From Candidatus Saccharimonadota bacterium (GTDB taxonomy: Bacteria; Pseudomonadota; Gammaproteobacteria; Enterobacterales; Enterobacteriaceae), in NCBI GenBank assembly GCA_049942965.1, contig CP188088.1, forward strand, positions 90,001 through 122,000: 32,000 nucleotides of DNA. Reading direction: 5' to 3'. Below, piece by piece: positions 29,001 through 32,000 of the stretch. Every line of letters starts with the position of its first letter. The stretch's first letter is position 1. A model generated the notes under the pieces. That model was not told where the DNA came from, made no database searches, and saw only the letters and a list, made by a program, of their open reading frames with translations. Made by a program: the position numbers and the translations under genes.

Positions 29001-29529
29001 CTACAATTTCGTATTCACAGTTATATAAGTATTTTCTCCAAAAGTTAATTGTTGATGATAAATATAGTTCTTCTTCATTATTAATTAAATTGTAGTTTTT
29101 AATCATAATATATTTATATTGATAAAAACATAGCATTTTTTTACAAAATTTATGAAAAGTATAAATAGATGCTTTTTCAATATTTTGTTCTGATTTATCT
29201 AGAATTTTTATACATTTTTTAAAATTTTTTATTTTTTTGATAAATATTTTTAAGTTATTGTTTTTGGTTTTTTTTTTAATGCATGCAACTTTGAGTTTTT
29301 GAATATATTTATAAATTCTTTCAGTTAATTCTAGTTTAGCCACATTAGAAAATGTAACTACTAAAATTTCTTGAATTGAAAAATATTTTTTTTTGTTTTC
29401 TACTTTTTCCAAACCTAATAATAATCTTAGATATAACAATATAATTGTAAATGTTTTACCTGTTCCTGCTGAAGCTTCAATAATTTGTGTATTTCTTAAA
29501 TTAATTGTAAAAATATTATTTTTTTTCAA
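26047..29529 (-). CDS. recB: Exodeoxyribonuclease V beta subunit RecB (helicase-nuclease)
   Basis: The ORF is 1160 aa against 1180 aa in E. coli. Helicase motifs present are ASAGTGKTFTI, IDEFQDTD, GDPKQSIYSFRGSD, TNFRS, IHASKGLEFP and LLYVALTRS. The nuclease motif is GSIDLVF...YYILDYKSNWLG. Confidence 0.96.
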   Translation of the reverse strand: MKKNNIFTINLRNTQIIEASAGTGKTFTIILLYLRLLLGLEKVENKKKYFSIQEILVVTFSNVAKLELTERIYKYIQKLKVACIKKKTKNNNLKIFIKKIKNFKKCIKILDKSEQNIEKASIYTFHKFCKKMLCFYQYKYIMIKNYNLINNEEELYLSSTINFWRKYLYNCEYEIVEIILNKWKNPQKLLKDIHRTIKDKRKIHNNNNFNFFKKCNQIKRKISYFKKRWILKKEKIISYLKNNHVNKKIYNKRNVSRWINQIDNWASSNLINYKIPNELGRFLLKNIEIKPTEIKKTHLFQEIEYFLNKNNSIENFFFIQSLNEIPEIIKQKKIKHSLYEFDDLINWFYKLLNKKKILNEIKKKYPIAFIDEFQDTDLNQFNIFKKIYLNDKTTSMIIIGDPKQSIYSFRGSDINVYLKAKKEIKSYYQLNTNFRSSKKMVETINFLFSRVKNPFLLKEIKFSPSLPFNKNQSINFLKNKKKQTAIEMIIVPKKIKRKNLAKKWLAKQFAIKIFNWINNKKIKYQINLKKKIHKIRKKDITILVRNKTENKIIQKELNKLEIENTYISEKRSVYTTSEAKEILVILKSILNNYCDKQIMFALSTNLMNQNIYDLELISSKYKKKSNWKEKFHNYKFIWKKHGIYKMFQEFINDNNELDPKNTNEKKKQITNLLHIGELLQKKSTVLKNKNLLISWLEKKIFFNNKNAKKKEIIKNIYNDDYIKIINIHASKGLEFPIVLIPFSTSYNSIFKYSFLEPKNETKKNKKDIKKTISMNNFSLFNSERLSEDLRLLYVALTRSILHSVLGVEIQQKKNINSELNSEMHNTSIGYLIQKGKKLTAEEFLKETKKIKKYIKITLEEKKIETKQQNVLIFFKKNKTKINLKKKYFSVISYSKIKKENQKKKQKKLQINNCLFFKSIPKKNEINLNQNSFPRGLKSGLLIHEILKEINFSEPITEKYIEEKLIEYNLETKYTKILLKWMINIISTDLNKESLSLSNLKKNEYVKELNFFLPIKKILTKKKLFTTIKKFDKLSSSTSSLIFSKTTGIITGSIDLVFLWKKKYYILDYKSNWLGNNKECYSIKNIQLAMVKNQYCLQYQIYSLAVHRYLKHKIKNYNFEKHFGGIIYFFIRAVDKDIDHKYGIFKTNTKKNQMKELAKLF

Positions 29530-32000
29530 TTTTTATTTCCTTTTGTTTCGAAAATTTGTTTAATAGTACAGGAAGAGCCCATTTATTAGCTGCTTTGCAT
29601 ATTTTATGTAATTTTTTTTTATCTAGTTTTGAAACAATTTTTTTTATATACAAATCATTTTTTTCACCATAATATTGAGAATTTCCATTCCATGTGTTTA
29701 AAAGAATGTTTTTACTATTATTTGAACTTGAATCATACTCAAAAAATATATTTTTTTTTTTATTTATATTACTAATATTATATTCTTTTTGAATCCATAA
29801 AAAACCTGATTTTGTTAAAAAGATTGGTTTTTGATGTCCTTTTATGTATCCTTTAATATATTTTAATAAATAATTCTTAGCTTTGTTTTTTTTTAATATA
29901 GGAAACATCCAAGAAGTATTGTTTGTTCCAAAAATAAAACTTTTTTTGTTTGGTTTCATACAAATGCAATAAACGAGATGTTTTAACCACAAAGACAATC
30001 CGTCAATAATATTGATTTTTTTTGGTTTCCAAATTATTAAATTATTATCTTGTGTTTCATTTATTTTACAATTATATAAATAAAACTTTTTAAGTTTTAG
30101 TTTTAGAACAATTTTTTTTTCTTTTAAATTTAAAGAATTTATTTTATTACATAAAGGATGTAGTTCATTTATATATTTTTTCCAAAAGTATTTAGCACAT
30201 GTGTTATTTGGTAATACACCTGAAAGCTGATAATTTTGAAATATTTTATTCATGTCTTTTTTATAGATCATTTGTTTTAAAATTTTTTTTTTAATTAAAT
30301 ATGAATTAATAAAATTAATTTCAAACGGTTCATTATTAAGATCAGATTTATAATTGTTAGAATAATATATGTTCAGACGATGGTTTAATAAAAATTTAAT
30401 TGGATGTCTCCAAAAATCAATAAATTTTTCGAAATTAATCGATTGAATTTCTATTTTTGATAATTTTGTTTTTTTTGTATTATTTTTTTTTTTGTATTTT
30501 TTTTCTATCCAAAGATTATTATTATTTATTTGATAATTATTAAAATTTATGTTTTTTTTTTTTAGAAATGGATTATCTGGATGTTTAAAAGAGATACATT
30601 TAAAAATGTCTTCATTTTTTTTATTTGATGATTTTTTTTTAATAAAAAAATTATTTCTTAAGTATTTTTTGAGTTCTTTTAGTAAAAATGAACAATTATC
30701 AATATTTTCTTCACTTTTTTTTTTTGAATAACTAATTAGTAGATGTTTCTTAGAATTAAGAATAATTTTTAAAAAACTATAAAGATCTTTTTGTTGTGAA
30801 TTTAAATCTCCTTTTTTTGGGTAATTTTTTATTAAATCAATATATTCTATATTATCATTATTCATTGGATAATTTTGTTTATTTATTCCTAAAGTGCAAA
30901 TTATATTAGAAGTAACATTTTCTATTGAATTTAAATTACAGAAATTTACTTTTCCTTCAAATAAATTAGATTGATAACTTCTTTTTATTTTTTTTAATAA
31001 AAATATTTTCATTAATATTTCTAAGGAAATTTTTTTTTCGTAATTTGCTTTTAGTGAATTATTAATTATTAATTTCCATTTTTTATCCATAAAAAAAAAT
31101 ATTTTATCTGTTTTATATTTTTCCGGAATAAAATCGTTTATAAATTCTTTAAATATAGGGATCCAATTTTTTATTTTTTTTTGTATTAATATTTTTTTTT
31201 TCCATTTGTAAATTAATTTTAAAAATATTTTTAGTCGAATTATTTCTTCGTAAATATTTTTTTTTATTTTTTTATACGACAAAACAGAGTTCCAGATTAC
31301 ATTATCATTTGTAGCATAACCTAATAAAATTCTGTTTATTCCAAATTCCCAAGTGTTATATTTAATATTAATCTTAAATTGTTTTTTTAAATTTTTTTTA
31401 TTTATTCCAAATTTAATTCCTAATTCTTGAATACATTTTTTTAATTCAAATATATTTTTTGTATCTATTAAGAATTGTTCTGATATTAAAGGAAGTTCTA
31501 ATAATGAAAAAAATTCTTCATAAGTAATTTTTTTTATTTTTAAACTAAGAATATTTTCTATTATTTTTGATATTTCTTCTTCTTTTTGATAAAAACAATT
31601 TGATATCACAAATGGAATTTGATTAAATTTGTTAAAAATTCCATGTATATATGGAATATATTCTTGTATATTTTTTGCTACTACAAGAATTTCATTGAAA
31701 TTTATTTTTTTATTTTTATTTAGTATTGTTAATAAATTACAGTGTAGTACTTCTATTTCTTGTTGTTTTGAATTGCAAACATGAATACTAATTGAATCAT
31801 CAATTGAATTTAAAAAAATTTTTTGGTTTTTTTTTCTTTTTTTTAGATTAGATTCTTGTAAGATTTTATTTTGTATATTGTTTAGTAATTTATTTTCTTT
31901 TGATTTTTGAAAGTAAAAAAAATGTTTTTTTTCCTTTTTTTTTAATAAATTTTCAATTTGATCAATTCCACTTTCTCCAAAATTTAAAATGAAAGACTTT
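29516..32000 (-). CDS. recC: Exodeoxyribonuclease V gamma subunit RecC; 5' end lies beyond the right edge
   Basis: The ORF track begins this frame at a GTG at 31609, but my codon-by-codon translation shows the frame stays open to position 32000. It reads ...SISIHVCNSKQQEIEVLHCNLLTILNKNKKINFNEILVVAKNIQEYIPYIHGIFNKFNQIPFVISNCF..., which matches E. coli RecC ...SIQFHVCHSPQREVEVLHDRLLAML...RDILVMVADIDSYSPFIQAVFG...LPYAISD. Its stop overlaps the recB start by 14 nt. Confidence 0.9.
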   Translation of the reverse strand, partial: KSFILNFGESGIDQIENLLKKKEKKHFFYFQKSKENKLLNNIQNKILQESNLKKRKKNQKIFLNSIDDSISIHVCNSKQQEIEVLHCNLLTILNKNKKINFNEILVVAKNIQEYIPYIHGIFNKFNQIPFVISNCFYQKEEEISKIIENILSLKIKKITYEEFFSLLELPLISEQFLIDTKNIFELKKCIQELGIKFGINKKNLKKQFKINIKYNTWEFGINRILLGYATNDNVIWNSVLSYKKIKKNIYEEIIRLKIFLKLIYKWKKKILIQKKIKNWIPIFKEFINDFIPEKYKTDKIFFFMDKKWKLIINNSLKANYEKKISLEILMKIFLLKKIKRSYQSNLFEGKVNFCNLNSIENVTSNIICTLGINKQNYPMNNDNIEYIDLIKNYPKKGDLNSQQKDLYSFLKIILNSKKHLLISYSKKKSEENIDNCSFLLKELKKYLRNNFFIKKKSSNKKNEDIFKCISFKHPDNPFLKKKNINFNNYQINNNNLWIEKKYKKKNNTKKTKLSKIEIQSINFEKFIDFWRHPIKFLLNHRLNIYYSNNYKSDLNNEPFEINFINSYLIKKKILKQMIYKKDMNKIFQNYQLSGVLPNNTCAKYFWKKYINELHPLCNKINSLNLKEKKIVLKLKLKKFYLYNCKINETQDNNLIIWKPKKINIIDGLSLWLKHLVYCICMKPNKKSFIFGTNNTSWMFPILKKNKAKNYLLKYIKGYIKGHQKPIFLTKSGFLWIQKEYNISNINKKKNIFFEYDSSSNNSKNILLNTWNGNSQYYGEKNDLYIKKIVSKLDKKKLHKICKAANKWALPVLLNKFSKQKEIKIEKK

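Overview
This window is an extremely AT-rich, tightly packed housekeeping segment of a reduced gammaproteobacterial insect endosymbiont. The gene order is htpG-ybaB-dnaX-ffs-mdlB-mdlA-ppiD-lon-clpX-clpP | cyoABCDE-tusE-yajR-nusB-ribD-ribH-tRNA(fMet)-argA-recD-recB-recC. That is the order I recall for Buchnera aphidicola. It reads as a pruned copy of the E. coli cyo/tig/clpPX/lon/ppiD, mdlAB, dnaX-ybaB-recR-htpG and argA/recCBD neighbourhoods. I support 23 protein genes, one SRP (4.5S) RNA and one initiator tRNA. Two of the protein genes (htpG and recC) run off the window edges and are missing or truncated in the ORF track. All identifications come from by-eye comparison with remembered E. coli orthologues; no searches were run.

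I find no mobile element, CRISPR array, defence or toxin cassette, repeat family or orphan multi-gene cluster, so I do not think a novel system is encoded here. The points worth a second look are signs of genome erosion:
- DnaX is cut off after clamp-loader domain III and is followed by a homopolymer-rich 359-bp spacer.
- An 843-bp gene-free gap sits where tig and bolA lie in E. coli, and it contains a 70-codon open frame with no start codon.
- A GC-rich hairpin and a possible HU-like start lie in the former hupB slot.
- ribH precedes ribD, the reverse of the E. coli order.
- YajR lacks its C-terminal domain.
- Convergent genes are separated by almost no spacer.
- RecBCD is fully intact and its genes carry many 10-12 nt poly(A) tracts.
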